Shown here: piece after piece, positions 38,081-50,544 of the stretch | Layout of the letters: each line of letters starts with the position of its first letter | Position numbering within the stretch: position 1 is the stretch's first letter | Made by a program: the position numbers and the translations under genes | The notes under the pieces: generated by a model | Seen by the model: the letters and a program-made list of their open reading frames with translations, nothing else | Databases searched by the model: none | What the model was told of the DNA's origin: nothing | NCBI GenBank assembly: GCA_001179505.1 | Contig: CDMY01000320.1 | Span: forward strand, 1 to 64,000 | Length of the DNA: 64,000 nucleotides | Source: Vitrella brassicaformis CCMP3155 | Taxonomy: Eukaryota > Protista > Chromerida | Direction of reading: 5' to 3'

Positions 38081-38468
38081 GTGTCCATGCGGTGGGAGAG
38101 AGTCGATTACATCTTGACAGAAACTACCAGCAAGGCATTTGCTGTCTCCCCGTATACACCCACACACTGCCATCTCGATGAAGGGGGCAGAAGGGTCCCT
38201 CGATCATCAGATAAACCCTGCTGCCCTCTCTCTCCCTCCTGCCCGGCCATTTATGTATGTATTCCATCTGCTCGGCCGCCACGCCTCGACCGTTAACAAG
38301 AAACTCGTAAAGGTCTGTGTCTTGTCTTGTCATTCACCACCACGCTAATTAATGAGAAAGCAGCATTGAGAGACAGACAGTGTTCTCAATGCGAGTCAAC
38401 ACCGCACATCGCATACCACGCATCGCATCATGAATCATCGGACGGCCCTTAGCTAGAGGACAAACAAC
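38081..38468 (+). repeat. Diverged non-coding direct repeat, copy 1 (copy 2 at 42139-42437)
   Basis: Collinear shared blocks: GTGTCCATGCG, GAGTCGAT.ACAT.TTGACAGAAACTA, GCATTTGCT, CTCGACCGTT, CACGCTAAT, ACGGCCCTTAG and GAGGACAAACAAC. Confidence 0.85.
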
Positions 38469-39219
38469 TTGACTAAGTTTGCCAGGGCCGAAATGAGACA
38501 GACAGACCATGACGTGGTCGACCGGGCTGTGCAGTGAGTGAGTGGCGTATGCGATGCATGGATGCCCCATGCGGCTGGCTGATTGATCCACTGCAGGATA
38601 AGACACCGGCCAATCTGAGCCTACTTAAAAAGGGGTCCTCTAATGGAGTGAGTGGGAGGCCGTCGGAGGCTCTTCGCAGACAGCAAGCAGGACACGCTGC
38701 CGTTCGAACGAGCCCGCCGACCCCGTCAGTCAGCATCTCCAGTCTCTGCTGTGTGTGCGGAGAGCCATTCATTCAGCAGTATAGTCCTCCTTCGAATTAA
38801 GGATCCTCACTCCCTTGATCCCTGTCAGATCCGATGTGAGTGAAGAGAATATCCGGCACTGAGCCACACGCATGCCATAACGGTCACAAATGTGTACAGT
38901 GTGCCTGCTGGCCTTTCTCGACAAATGAGACACCTTCTTTCTCGACGATTGAGACGGACCTTCACGAAATTATTTTCCCTCTTGAACGACGCCTTCCTTC
39001 GCATGCGTTCAATCCTGCGTTCCCGGTTTCCTCCGCTCGCTCGTCTTTGCCGTGAGAAGAGGTGTCTACGCAGCTTTGGGAGCCACAGATATATAGAGCT
39101 TCCTTCGCTTGAGCAGCAGCGCGACAGCACAACAGGACGTCGCGCCCGTCGATCGACACGGACCACGTGTGTCCCCGTGTGATTTCACAACCGCAACAGC
39201 AGCCGTACAGTAGCAGACC

Positions 39220-41652
39220 ATGGTGCACCATCAGCACCTCTTGGTGCGCCAGCGGCCTCTCTTCGTGCGTCTGCAGAGGCCGCCCGGCGATCCCCACTCG
39301 GCAAGGCAGCAGCCGCAGTGGAGTGCGCAGCCCAGGGCGGACCGCACCACAGCCACAGTCAAGGAGCCGGCCGACAGCAATGGTAGAGGGTTCGTGGGGT
39401 TTTTGTGTTGCCGAGGTCCGCACAGCGCCGCCGGGGAGAGGGAGGCGGAGGTAGTGGTGTTGCCGAGAGGGAGAAGGGAGGAGGAGGAGGAGGAGGAGTG
39501 GTCGGGTGATGTGGGGTGTGACGAGTCTGACGGCAGCCACCAGGTGCCGCACACGAGCATCAGCAGCCGCAACCGCACGACGACCACAGGGGAGGGAGGT
39601 GAGGAGGACATCGGCGAGGACATCGGCGAGGAGGGCACCATCCCTGCAGTGCCGTGCAGCGCCATCACCAGCGCATCGACCAAGGATGGGGCGGATGGAC
39701 AGGTACGTACGTGTGCACTTACTCTACTGTATATATCATCTGCAACAACAGGGTCACGTGTTGACACTGACTGACTGATGTGATGTGATGTGATGTGTGT
39801 TCCATCTGTTGTCTGCCTTTCCATCGACCGACAGGTTGTCGCCAAGTTCGGCCCCGACGACATGTCCACCAGAAAGTCGCCCGTACCCGACTCTCCCCCA
39901 GCCGCCGGCGCATCGCAGCGAGCCACCGGGCCGCCGGACTCGCCCCCTCACGACTCATCTCCGAGCGACGAGTTCACCACCCCACCCCCCTTGCTCAACC
40001 CCATCTACTCAGGACAGGAGGCGCCACGCCTCTCCCCCCTTCCACCCACCATCGCCCCCGGTGCCATCCTGCCGCTCGGTCAGGGCATGTCTTCGAGTGT
40101 GAGGTGCTGCCGTCAGGAGGGCGGGGGGAGTTCTGTGTGGTGCTGGGGCAGTTGAGGAGGGGCGACGGGGTAAGCAGTGTGCCGGCAGTCCTCAAGTGCA
40201 TCGAGGACGACATGCGGGAGGTCGGGAGGGAGCGGGCGTTGGAGCTGGCCAGGGCGTTGCAGCTGGAGGCTGACGTCCTCAGGGCCGCCAAGACGGCCGT
40301 CGCCAGGGTGCGTCAGCTGTGGCATGACGCCCTCGGCAGCGAACAGCCCTTCGCAGAGGCCACCAGGGTAGTGCCTGAGCTGGTGTTCGAGGCCGCCGAC
40401 GTGCCCATGTTGCGGCCGGTGGTGACGGAGGAGGGGGAGCGGATGGAGGGAGCGGGCATGTGTGTAGTCATGAGCAAGATAGGGGACGGTACGGACACGT
40501 ACACACACAGAGCCAGAGAGAGACGAGACAGAGGGATGGAGTTCTATACACTTACTTACGTCTGTCCTCTCTGTCTGTGTGTGTGCATGTGTTTGTGTTT
40601 GTGTTTGTGTGTGTATCTCTCAGGGGTTTCGTTGACGGAGTTTGCCGCTCGGTACATACCGGTTGCGCCGCTCACCAACGCCACGGTCGCCGTCAACACG
40701 GTCAAGGCCGTCCTCGCCCTGCACGCCGCCCACCTGACCAACGGTGACCTCCATGGAGGCAACACCGTCCTGGCCAACGAGCGGACGGGCGAGGTCGGCC
40801 TCATCGACTTTGAGGCCGGCCGCAACCTGCGCCACAGCACCCATTCCCCCCTGACGACTCGGCCTGGCCCGCCCTGCACGTCTGTGGGGAATCTGGAGGC
40901 CATCGTGGACGGGCGGGCAATGCGCGACGAGGCCATCGACTACTACTCTGACCTCACGGCCGTCGCCTGCTCGCTTGTCCGGTTGGCCTTCGATGACGCC
41001 ACGCTGCGGCGGGGAGCGTACGAGCGGGCGGGGGTGCTGGTCCACGAGGTGGTCAAGAAGTGCGAGGACGGCCGCATCACCACCGTCGAGGCGGCCAAGC
41101 TCGAGTACATGGCCGCCATCCACAAGGCCCACGCCAAGGCCGTCTCCGCCACTCAGCGCGACAAGAAGCTGACAGCCGAGACGAGGGCGGTGTCACACAA
41201 GACACTGAACTTGTTTCGAGACGTGTGTGTGGGGCATGCTGAGGGGGCGCCGGCAAACCAGCTGCACCAGATGATGGCCGACTACACCGAGGACGTCACA
41301 GCCGGTAAGTTACATAGCTACTTAGCTACTTGATGGGTGGGTGGGTCAGTCAGTGGCTGGGGAGGGGACACTGGAGCGATCTCATTCATTCGTGTGTGTC
41401 TGTGTGCATATACATATTGTGCTGTGTGTGAGTGCAGATGTCATCAGGATTGCCAGGGGATGGCCCGACTACCTGACGCCACCTGAGCCAAGTGAGCCCT
41501 CTTCACCCACTCACTCAGAGAGAGATTTGGCGATGTGTGTGAGGCGACGGCGAGTGACATGGTGTGTGCGTGTGTGTGTTGTGCTGTCGTGTTGACTGAC
41601 CTTTCAGCCACAATGGAGGCTATGCTCGCAAAACTCGGCCTGAAGCGCTGAC
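39220..41652 (+). pseudogene. Atypical protein-kinase-like gene with a frameshift near the Gly-rich loop
   Basis: LGQG loop, PAVLK (beta3 Lys), LQLEADVL (alphaC Glu), NGDLHGGN catalytic loop and GLIDFE. The spliced exon-2 frame stops at 40155 while the kinase core lies in another frame. Confidence 0.7.
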
Positions 41653-41823
41653 CCGCCCGCACCACAAACACATCGGCACCATCAACCAGGCAGAGAGAGG
41701 AAACCATAGCTTGGCTGTTTGGCGACGGAGGATGGCCTGGGTGCGGGGATCCCTGCGTGTAGTCCGGAGGGGCGTCTGTGGTGGTGGGGGAGTTTTGAGT
41801 GGGTCCTGTCTGCTGCTGCCTCT

Positions 41824-41854
<31 letters not shown>

Positions 41855-42138
41855 TGGTCTCTCTCTTCAGTCTGTCTGTATGGGCTGTTGTCTCTCTCCG
41901 ATCGGTCAGGTGTTGATCAATCGTTGCCTACATATTATATCTCGAAGGCCTTTCAGTACAATGCCACTGCAGCAACCACCCATTTATATGTGCGCCGTAC
42001 ACTGGTGTACGTCTGAGCATGTGGTGCCTCGAATCAAGTATTCCTGCCTGCTGCGTGTAGGATGGAGTAAGGCAGCTGGCTGCTGGCTGTGGGTTGATGG
42101 TTGATGGATGGACAGAGCAATAACTGATAATTGTTCGT

Positions 42139-42437
42139 GTGTCCATGCGCTGGGCCAGAGTCGATCACATATTGACAGAAACTAGCAGCAGAGCATTTGC
42201 TATCTACGTATACACACAGACACACTGTTCAGCACACCCTCAGCAAAATCTGCCCTCTCCTGCCCATTCCATTTGCTCGCTCGCCACGCCCTCGACCGTT
42301 CGACGTCTGTGTCAGACTCTTCCTTCTGCAGCGGCACGCTAATAAAAGAGTGTCAGTGAAAGACAGCTCTTGTCTTGGCAGTGATAAGTACATCCCACAT
42401 CACACATCATGATCACGGCCCTTAGAGGACAAACAAC
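42139..42437 (+). repeat. Diverged non-coding direct repeat, copy 2
   Basis: Collinear match to 38081-38468, with deletions. Confidence 0.85.
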
Positions 42438-42800
42438 ACTCAGGGCCCCATTCGGCCCACACCACTACCTCCCGACAGACTCGACAGACTCCTGGATTGG
42501 ATGTGCGTTGTTGAAAGACGATGCGTGTGTGTGTGAAGGATTCGATTATTGAGTTGACACACGGACATGTCACTCATGAATGTGTCGATCCATCCATCCA
42601 TCCATCCAATTGATCCATCCGTCTGTCTGTTTGTCATTGAGCATGTTTATCCATCAGTCGGGGCGTCTGCTCTCATCGTCGGCGACTGAGGCACACACAC
42701 ATACACACACACACACACATGGCGCGTCTGTCTGTCTGTCTGTCTGTGTGTCTATCTGTGTGTCTGTCAGTCTCTTACCTTCGGTTCTGTCTGTGATCGA

Positions 42801-43430
42801 TCACATAATCACACAGCTGCCCTTGGGGCCTGCTGCTGAGGACATGCCGCCGCTCCCAGATGATGAAGACGAGCTGCTGCCAGGCCCCTTGCCGTTCGCG
42901 TCGTCGTTTCCGTCCCCCTTGTCAGCTCCGCCGTTGTTGCCCTTGTCGAAGAAGGCTCCGAACATGAAGCCTGAAGGTGTGACACGAGACACATGATACA
43001 CACCTTCCTTGACGTGTTGCGTTTGCTCTCTGCGTGCGTCTGTGCATACGTTTTCCGTGGCTTTTCTTCCAGGACTCCGAGGGGCGGAGCACGTGCTCAA
43101 TCAAGTTACGGATCTCGAAAATCGTCATCGGAAGCCCGTACTCCGCCTCGAATTCTTGAGTCGTCCGCGCAAGCAGGTAGTTCATCCACCTCCGCTCGAT
43201 CTCGACCCGAGGCAGGTGGGCGTAGACCTGGGCGAGAGTCCAGCCGAGTTCCTGAGCCACGTGCTGCACACACACAAAACAGAGACAGACAGACAGACAG
43301 ACACAGACAGACAGACAGACACGTGTGTGTGTGTGAGTGAGTGTGTTTGTGTCACTTCAGTGGCCGACAGCGGCAGGGCTTGGTAGATCGACAACACGAT
43401 CTCTGCACAAAACGACACGACACAGCACAC
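42801..43430 (-). CDS. Hypothetical protein ending in a CaaX motif (CVIM); 5' end unresolved
   Basis: Phase-consistent exons IVLSIYQALPLSATE|HVAQELGW...SHGK|RFMFGAFFDKG...GPKGSCVIM*. Confidence 0.55.
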
Positions 43431-45506
43431 ACGTCGGTTGGCCGCACAAGCATCCACGTCGTGATGGTGATGGCTGACGGTAGGTACCGTGGGGTGTCCT
43501 CGGCGGCTCTGCACGCGACACACACACACAAGCGGATGCACCCACACATGATCATTCATGTCTCGGCCGGGCCGCCAAATGTGTGTGATTGACTGACTCA
43601 CTTGCGTTGGTCGCTGTGCCGTTGGCGGCGAGTTTGACCATGTTCACTTCGCCAAGGAGGCAGAGCAACAGGATGAGCACCGACGACAGGCCAGGCATTG
43701 TGTGGTGTGGCTCAATCAATCGACCAACAGAAACCAACCAACCAATCAACAGTAGTCAATGAGTCAATCGATCAATGCCCTTTGCCTGCTTGATCAATGA
43801 TCGATTGACTCAAAATGCGTAAGTACGTACACACACGGACCGATCGATCGATCGGTCGGTCGGTCGACAGTTTGACTTTATTAAATTGCTCCCTCGCCGC
43901 AGCGCTGCACTAATATGTCAACCAACAGATGGATGATCGATGTGGCCTGCCTGGAATTCATCTTTCGTCAAATCATGGAAGGCATCACCGCCAACACCAC
44001 AGACCACAGAAACGACACCAACTCGCTCTCTCTCACTGGCCGGCCGCCCGCCTCCCACACAAATGCATCTGCACACCTTTTCGTTGGGGCCCGGGGGGCT
44101 GGTCCTCCGTGTCAACCGACCCGCAATACACATACGTCGAGGTGTCCTTCCTACTGACTGACATGCACTCAACACAAAACATTAACCACTGTCCACCAAC
44201 CAAACCCACCACACGCCGAAACGACACACTGGCGAGGGCAAACCCACACTGCTCTCGAGCTCGAGGACAGTCTCCTCGACGGCTGACATTGTATCTCCTG
44301 TGTGCAAGAGCCACTCAATCACAAGAAGAACCGGAGCAAACACCAAACCAACAACTTGCAGCTAGCGAAGAGAGCGAAAGCGATCGAGATGCGTAGATAC
44401 ATACGAACAGAAGCTGTAGGCTGTAGGCTGTACGTACATACTACGTGTCCCCCTGCTTCTTGATGCATAAATGCCATTTGACTGACTGACTGACCCGCTG
44501 CTCTATATCCTTGCAAAATGCCACAAAACAGATGGAAAAGGCGCCGCCTCGTTGACGCTCACTTGTACCGACTCAGTGAAAAATTGCAGCTCGTCACTCG
44601 CTCCTTCAGTTGTCTGTCCACTCACTCATTGTCACACACGTCGTGTCCTTCCGTCTGTGTGACTTCACTCATCTGACATAGACTCCGACCGAAGAGACGC
44701 CCTTCATTGTCGACCCTGACACACAGACACACACATCACACACAGACAGCCACGATGACATGGATGGCCGAATGCCCCCAGATAACGACGGAATGGGGTA
44801 TCGGCGTGAGTGAGTGCCCACCATGAAGCTCATGATCGTGCGCGTGTGTGTGCTGCTGGTGCTGATTGCCCTGGCTCGGTCTCCTCCCGGTATCGGTGGC
44901 ATGGAAAACAGACATGCGACACGCGACATGATTGCACGCGTGCGTGTGTGTGGGCGTTGTTTGTGTGCAGTGCTGCATACGGCAACGGAACATGAGATGC
45001 ACCGTGAGACACAATTGCACGTAACGACAGGCCATTTGTCTCAAGTGTGCAATAGACCTCCATTTGGCCCATCTCAAGTGTGGAATAGACCCGGTGAACC
45101 AACCGAGCCTATTCAATCCTCGGGATGGGGCAGACAGAGGTCACAGACACACAGACACGGCATGATCTGCTGCACACATTTCTATGTATGTGTGTGTGTG
45201 TAGTACGCCGCTCACAAGCACGACATACCACTTCACATGGATCCGTACCGAGGTGGAGGCGGAGTGGATGGCATACATGCTAACACAGACCTGGCAGGCG
45301 GAGTGACCATTCGGCCGATCTGTGCGATCATGTAGGCGATCCATTACGCCTCCACCTCAGTCATATATCAACGTCCATTCGTGTGCCCAGACAGAAACGC
45401 CAGTTATCGACACATCAACATGACATCTCTCTGCACCCACTCATGTATATGACCACCGACCGGGGCTTCTGTGCCCCAGACAGCAGCCAAGACGCCACCC
45501 GGCCGG

Positions 45507-45555
45507 TCAGTCGTCTGGAGGAACATCGCCAATCACGGCCTTCCACGTCCCTGCG

Positions 45556-45591
<36 letters not shown>

Positions 45592-46445
45592 TGTGTGTGT
45601 GTGTCATCTCTGTGTGTGTGTCTGTGTGGTGTGCGCACCGCCGTATCGGTAGTGTGTGTTTGGGATGAGGGCCATGCCGTCGCTGCCGAGCGTCGCGTGT
45701 CGAGAGCTCTCGGCACCAGACACTGACGGCCAACACACACGACACACTGCACACACACATACACACACAGAAAGACAGACAATGACGAGTGCACTCCTTA
45801 CCCTCTCCCTCCCTCCCTCCCTCCCTCCCTGCCTCTCTGCTGTGTTGTGTCGCTGCTCACCGAAGTCCCACTGCCTTTGGTCCTTCCGCCATTTGCAGCG
45901 GAAGAGCATCTTCTTCCCTTGGCCACACACACGGCACTCCCGCGTCCTCTCGTCGTGAGCGCCGCCCTTCCGGCCCTTGTGGGGCATCGGACGGCATCGC
46001 TCCTCAGCTGCCGGCGCGTCACTTGACGGCGGCGATTGCTGATCTCCGCTGGCGGCGTCTGTGGGAGTGATCCGCAGCGCAGAGAGGCCCTCGGTCAGCG
46101 TGTGTGGCTCATCGCCTGCGGGATGCTCGTTCGCAGCCACGGAGGGGGCCGATGGGGGGCTGTCGGCAGTGTCTCGTGGTGGATGCGTGTCGTCGTGCTC
46201 GTGTGGCGCATCGGCGGCTCTGGCGTCGGTTCTCTGCTGTGCCTTCCGTTGATTGCGACACCGGTCAGAGCACGTCTGAATCTCATCCCAACACCTGCAC
46301 ATGACAACAATGCCGAGATGCTGCACACACGGCAGGCATCCTCGGCTTGGTTTGTCAGCTGAGCGTACCTCTCCCATTTCTTGCGCCAGGTGAAGGGGCG
46401 CTGGCAGATGACACACACCTTGGGAGGAATGCCCTTGTGGTTCCG
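45507..46445 (-). pseudogene. DUF2256 gene copy B, lacking the start codon
   Basis: Same exons as copy A with few substitutions. The 5' end reads TAG CAA CGG AAC where copy A reads ATG CCT GTT GGT CGG AAC. Confidence 0.75.
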
Positions 46446-46658
46446 TTGCTAGGCGGGCGGGGAAGCAACCCGGCGGGGAAAGGCGCGCCAGAAGCGAGCT
46501 TAGCTCGCAGATCCCCCTTCTCTCCCCTCCCCTTCTTTTCAGAAGTTGGAGAGAGTCAGTGCACAACGTCCCTCCACACGCTCTTACATCGGTATGTCGT
46601 TTCGGACCTCGTTGCAATGAAGAAAGCCTGCTTCTGGGATGCGTTTGAGCCTCCAGCA

Positions 46659-49600
46659 ATGGTGAAGGTCCTCGTTGCTCTTGCTGTGCTGGCTTATCGC
46701 CCCGTGTGGTCGTCAAAGGGCCTGGTGGACATATTTGGTTCCAGCGAGTCGAGCTACGCGTATGACGCGTGTGACGTCAAGTACCTGGCGGGCGGCTCCT
46801 ACGACATCATCAAATTCAGAAGCGAGTCAGCCGAAACACACTGCAACACACATCGACAGCAACACATCTGTCTGTGTCCTTCTGCGTGTGTGCAGCCCCG
46901 GCCCCACACAGGGTCTGTCGATGTGCGGCACGTGGAATGGTGCTGCAACAGCGACACCGAGAGCTCCTTCAAGCAGGTCCTGCTGCGGGCAGAGAAGAAG
47001 TTCCGCCTCCTCTACAAGGACGCCGCCGCCGCCGACAGAGTCATTATGCTCAAGGCCAAGTACAACGCACTGAGGGAGCGGCTCTCGGAGAAGGAATACG
47101 ACCCGAGAGGTGTGACGAATTCGATAAAAGACGCTGCTGTGCACTGTGTGTGTGCCATTGGTGCGAGTAGGTGCGAAGGAGATTGACTTGGCCTTTACTG
47201 ACTTCACTCGGCTGGCGTGGAAGGCCCAGACGGACGTGCAGCGGATCTTCACATCCATCAGCTTCCAAGAGTGCCAGGTAGACGACGAGTGAGACACACC
47301 ACATATCGATGGACACATCCATTTGTGTGCGTGGGGCTGTGACCCACAGGTGGAGGTGCTGCACTATTATCACAACTTCATGTGCACGCTGTGCACGCCC
47401 GAGCTCAAGAAGGACTACATCAAGGACGGCGAGCTCAACGTGCTGGAGACGTCTGCCTGCCAGCCCGTCTACGACAAATGCGACAAAGCCATCAACAACA
47501 TCCACTTCAGGGTATGTAGCCTGTATCCATGACACACACGTCTCTCTCCCTCTCCCCGCTACTGTGTTATGTCTCAGATGCGCCGCGTGGCCGAGGAGTT
47601 CGCCTACTTTCGTCGCGCCTCTGAGCGCTTTGTGGCTGAGTACACCCGTGTGATCCAGAGGAAGGCCGGCGTGACCACCACAGCAGCGCCCGAGACTGCC
47701 AACACGACAACGACCACCACCACCTCATCCACAGAGGTGCCACCGGCCATGGTGGAAAAGGATGAAGTCGTCCAGGCTGCGCAGGTGGGCGGTTGATGTG
47801 ATGCGCTCCATGGGCGAGAGAGACATCAACTTTGGGAGTGTTTATGGCCGTCAGGATCTCACGAACGCTGTCGATCAGGCGCACTTGGTGATCCAATTGA
47901 CGCAGACACACTCACGAGGATGTGTGGCTCCATTTTTCATTTCCTTTTCTCACAGAGTCTTCTGCAGCTCACCGGCAGCAGCACCCACCGCACGCACACC
48001 CACACGCACTCCCACCGGGCTGCTGGAGACGATGGCAGAAGCGCCGAGGGGCCCCCGCCATCAGACGATGACAATGGCGAGAGCAGCAACGCCACAGACA
48101 CGGTGCCGGGAGGTGTGTTTGACGACGACCCTGCCGAGAACGAGAAGCTCCTCTTCGACCTCATTCCCGAGGAGAAGGTGTTTCCCGACTCGAGGAGCTT
48201 CTGCGACGCTTTCCTCTCCAGTAAGTCAGTTGACGAGAAGACAGTGTGTGGGAGAAGTCTCAGAGCATCCGTGTTGCGTTCGTGTGTCAGATTTGCATGT
48301 GGAGGATTTTGCGGCGCGGATGCTGTATGACAAGCGCAACATCACTTACCAGATGCAGGATGCCACCCAAGAGAACAGCCAGGACTGGAAGGTCCGCCAT
48401 ACGCATAAGGCTGCTCAACACACGCCATATGCATTGTGACGCTGCAGGAGTTCGCCCACATATTGTCTGCGGAGGCGCACGAGACGATCGACAACCCGCT
48501 GCAGGAGGTCATCCACACACAGAGAGAGAAGGAGGAGGAGGAGACGCTCTCATTCGTCCAAATGACCAGCCAAGTTACGGCCCATGGCAGTGGCAGTGGC
48601 AGTGGCAAGCACCACTCGCACAAGCACCACCACCGTCACCACCACGATCATGGGAAGCACCACCGCAGGAAACCCCCTCAAGGTGACGAAAACCACCCAG
48701 ACAAACACGAGACACGACCAGCACCGTCTTGTGTCTCGCCTCAGCGTTTGTGGAGCACACCATCGCGAAGACTCGTCAGCTGCCGCAGCTGGATGAGAGC
48801 TTCCCGGTCCTGTTTGACCTTGCGAGGGTGTGCGACGCGGCGCACATGTCTCACTACCAGCAGCTGTACTTCCAGCTGCAGTTCCTCCCAAACGTGCCGC
48901 CAACTGACCCCAACAACCCCAGGAGACGCTTCGCCGTACACACACCCAAAATCGGTCAGTTGGCAAAGAACAAGGGGAGGTGAGGGGTCTGTCCTGAGCG
49001 TTCTGACTGCTTATACAGATGAGAGTGGGACTGAGTGCACGATAGAGCGGAAAGGGCTGCGGCCTGGGGAGCCGATGTACTGCTTCTTCCCCATGGACTC
49101 GAGCAAACACGGCACTCTGGTCAGCCAAAGAGTGTAGAGAGCGGGCGGGCGATGTGATGTGTCTGTTGCTGTGCCGCCCACGTGTGCAGGAGGAGATAGC
49201 CAAGCTAGACGCGTCTCAGAAGGACCTGAAGACGTGTGCCAAGCACTCCCCCACTAATGAAGACCCGGAGGAGTACAACTGGTGCTGGACCGACCCACCC
49301 ATCCCTGAGTGAGCCACGGAGTCTGGGAGGGCGGTGTTTGCATTCTCACGCGAGACATACATCCATGTCGTGTGTGTGTGTGTGGGGTTCATGCAGGTCT
49401 CAGTGGCTGAATGGCGTGACCCGTCGGTGGGGCAAGTGCGAGAGCACTGACGTCTGCCTCAACCCAGACACACCAGTCTGGACGTCCAAAGGCAACGAAC
49501 GCTCCAAACACCCAGATACAACATAGAGAGACACACACGCCCTCTCTCCCTGTCTGCCTGCCTGTCTGCCTGCCTGTCAGATGGGTCGTCCAAGTGTCCG

Positions 49601-50152
49601 CACCCCAATGATGGCCGTCGTAGGCCGCCCGCGACGTACGGCGGCTATCCATCAGGCCCAGCGGCTGGACTGCTGGAAGGGGAGAGGGTCCTCATGGTGA
49701 GTGAGATGAGACAAAGCATAGAGTGGACGGGCATGCAGTGGATGTGTGAGCTGTGGATGTTTGTTAGGATGAGCCGCGGATAGACTATGAGCCGCTGGGT
49801 GCCGGGGATATCAGGGCCACGTTCAAGAAATCAAGTCTGTGTCTGCTTTCAGGCGCGCCTCTCGTCCATGTGTGCATGGGTGTGTGTGTGTGTGTGTGCA
49901 GGAGTGGCGCTGAAGGAAGCTGACCATCAGTACCAAGACAGCGACTACAAACGAGACTTAGACGAACTGGTAATGACATTTGGTGCACATGGCACACACC
50001 ATCTCAACACCCCCCGTGTGTCTGTCTGTTCAACTTCCACACTCATACAGGCTGATATAAAGGCGCGAAGCCACGGGCACAGACGAGCCACCTTCTTGCC
50101 TCTCTGGCTGGCTCTCGTCCTTGTCTGCATGGTGGCCCTCACAAGACAGTGA
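46659..50152 (+). CDS. Large secreted/surface Cys-rich protein (folate-receptor-like N-terminal region, His-rich linker, FN2-like module, hydrophobic C-terminus)
   Basis: Signal-like MVKVLVALAVLAYRPVWS. WCCNSDT...FMCTLCTP...SACQPVYDKC. KHHSHKHHHRHHHDH. YCFFP...C...WCWT...WGKC. C-terminal LPLWLALVLVCMVAL. Many GT-AG introns. Domain calls are by eye. Confidence 0.65.
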
Positions 50153-50544
50153 TTGGGCACACCGTCTGTTGCTACTGCTGAATGGATCGCACTCGCCGAT
50201 GAATCGCACTCACTGTATGTTATGCCGTGTGTCTGTTTACTGTGTGTGGTCATCGTCGAGTAGGACATTCGTCTTTCTTGTGTCTTGCTTTGTGGACTCG
50301 CTCATGTCCTCTCTGTGCTCGAGCAATGACTGCTCTGTGTGTGTCTAGGTTTGGGTGTGGCCATCCATCCATCAGTGGGCGGGCAAGTCATCACCTGGCT
50401 GTCCGTACGTTCGTCACACATGAGCCTGTCCGTCTGTCTGGCCAACTATGTACACATCTACAAGTGGTCGCTCCAACCGAACACTCGCGCCAAGCCCACA
50501 ACTGAAGTGCTCACAAGACCCCCTCCCCAGCAGATCTACCCGCC

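Noticed and set aside
38825-39166. RING-like strings (CLICRERP on minus, CHNGHKCVQC on plus)
   Set aside because: The Cys/His spacing is incomplete on each strand, and the two overlap in antisense. Likely chance unless an HMM search says otherwise.
43915-45350. Short ORFs including a signal-peptide-like MKLMIVRVCVLLVLIAL
   Set aside because: The hydrophobicity derives partly from GT repeats, and no downstream exons support a gene.
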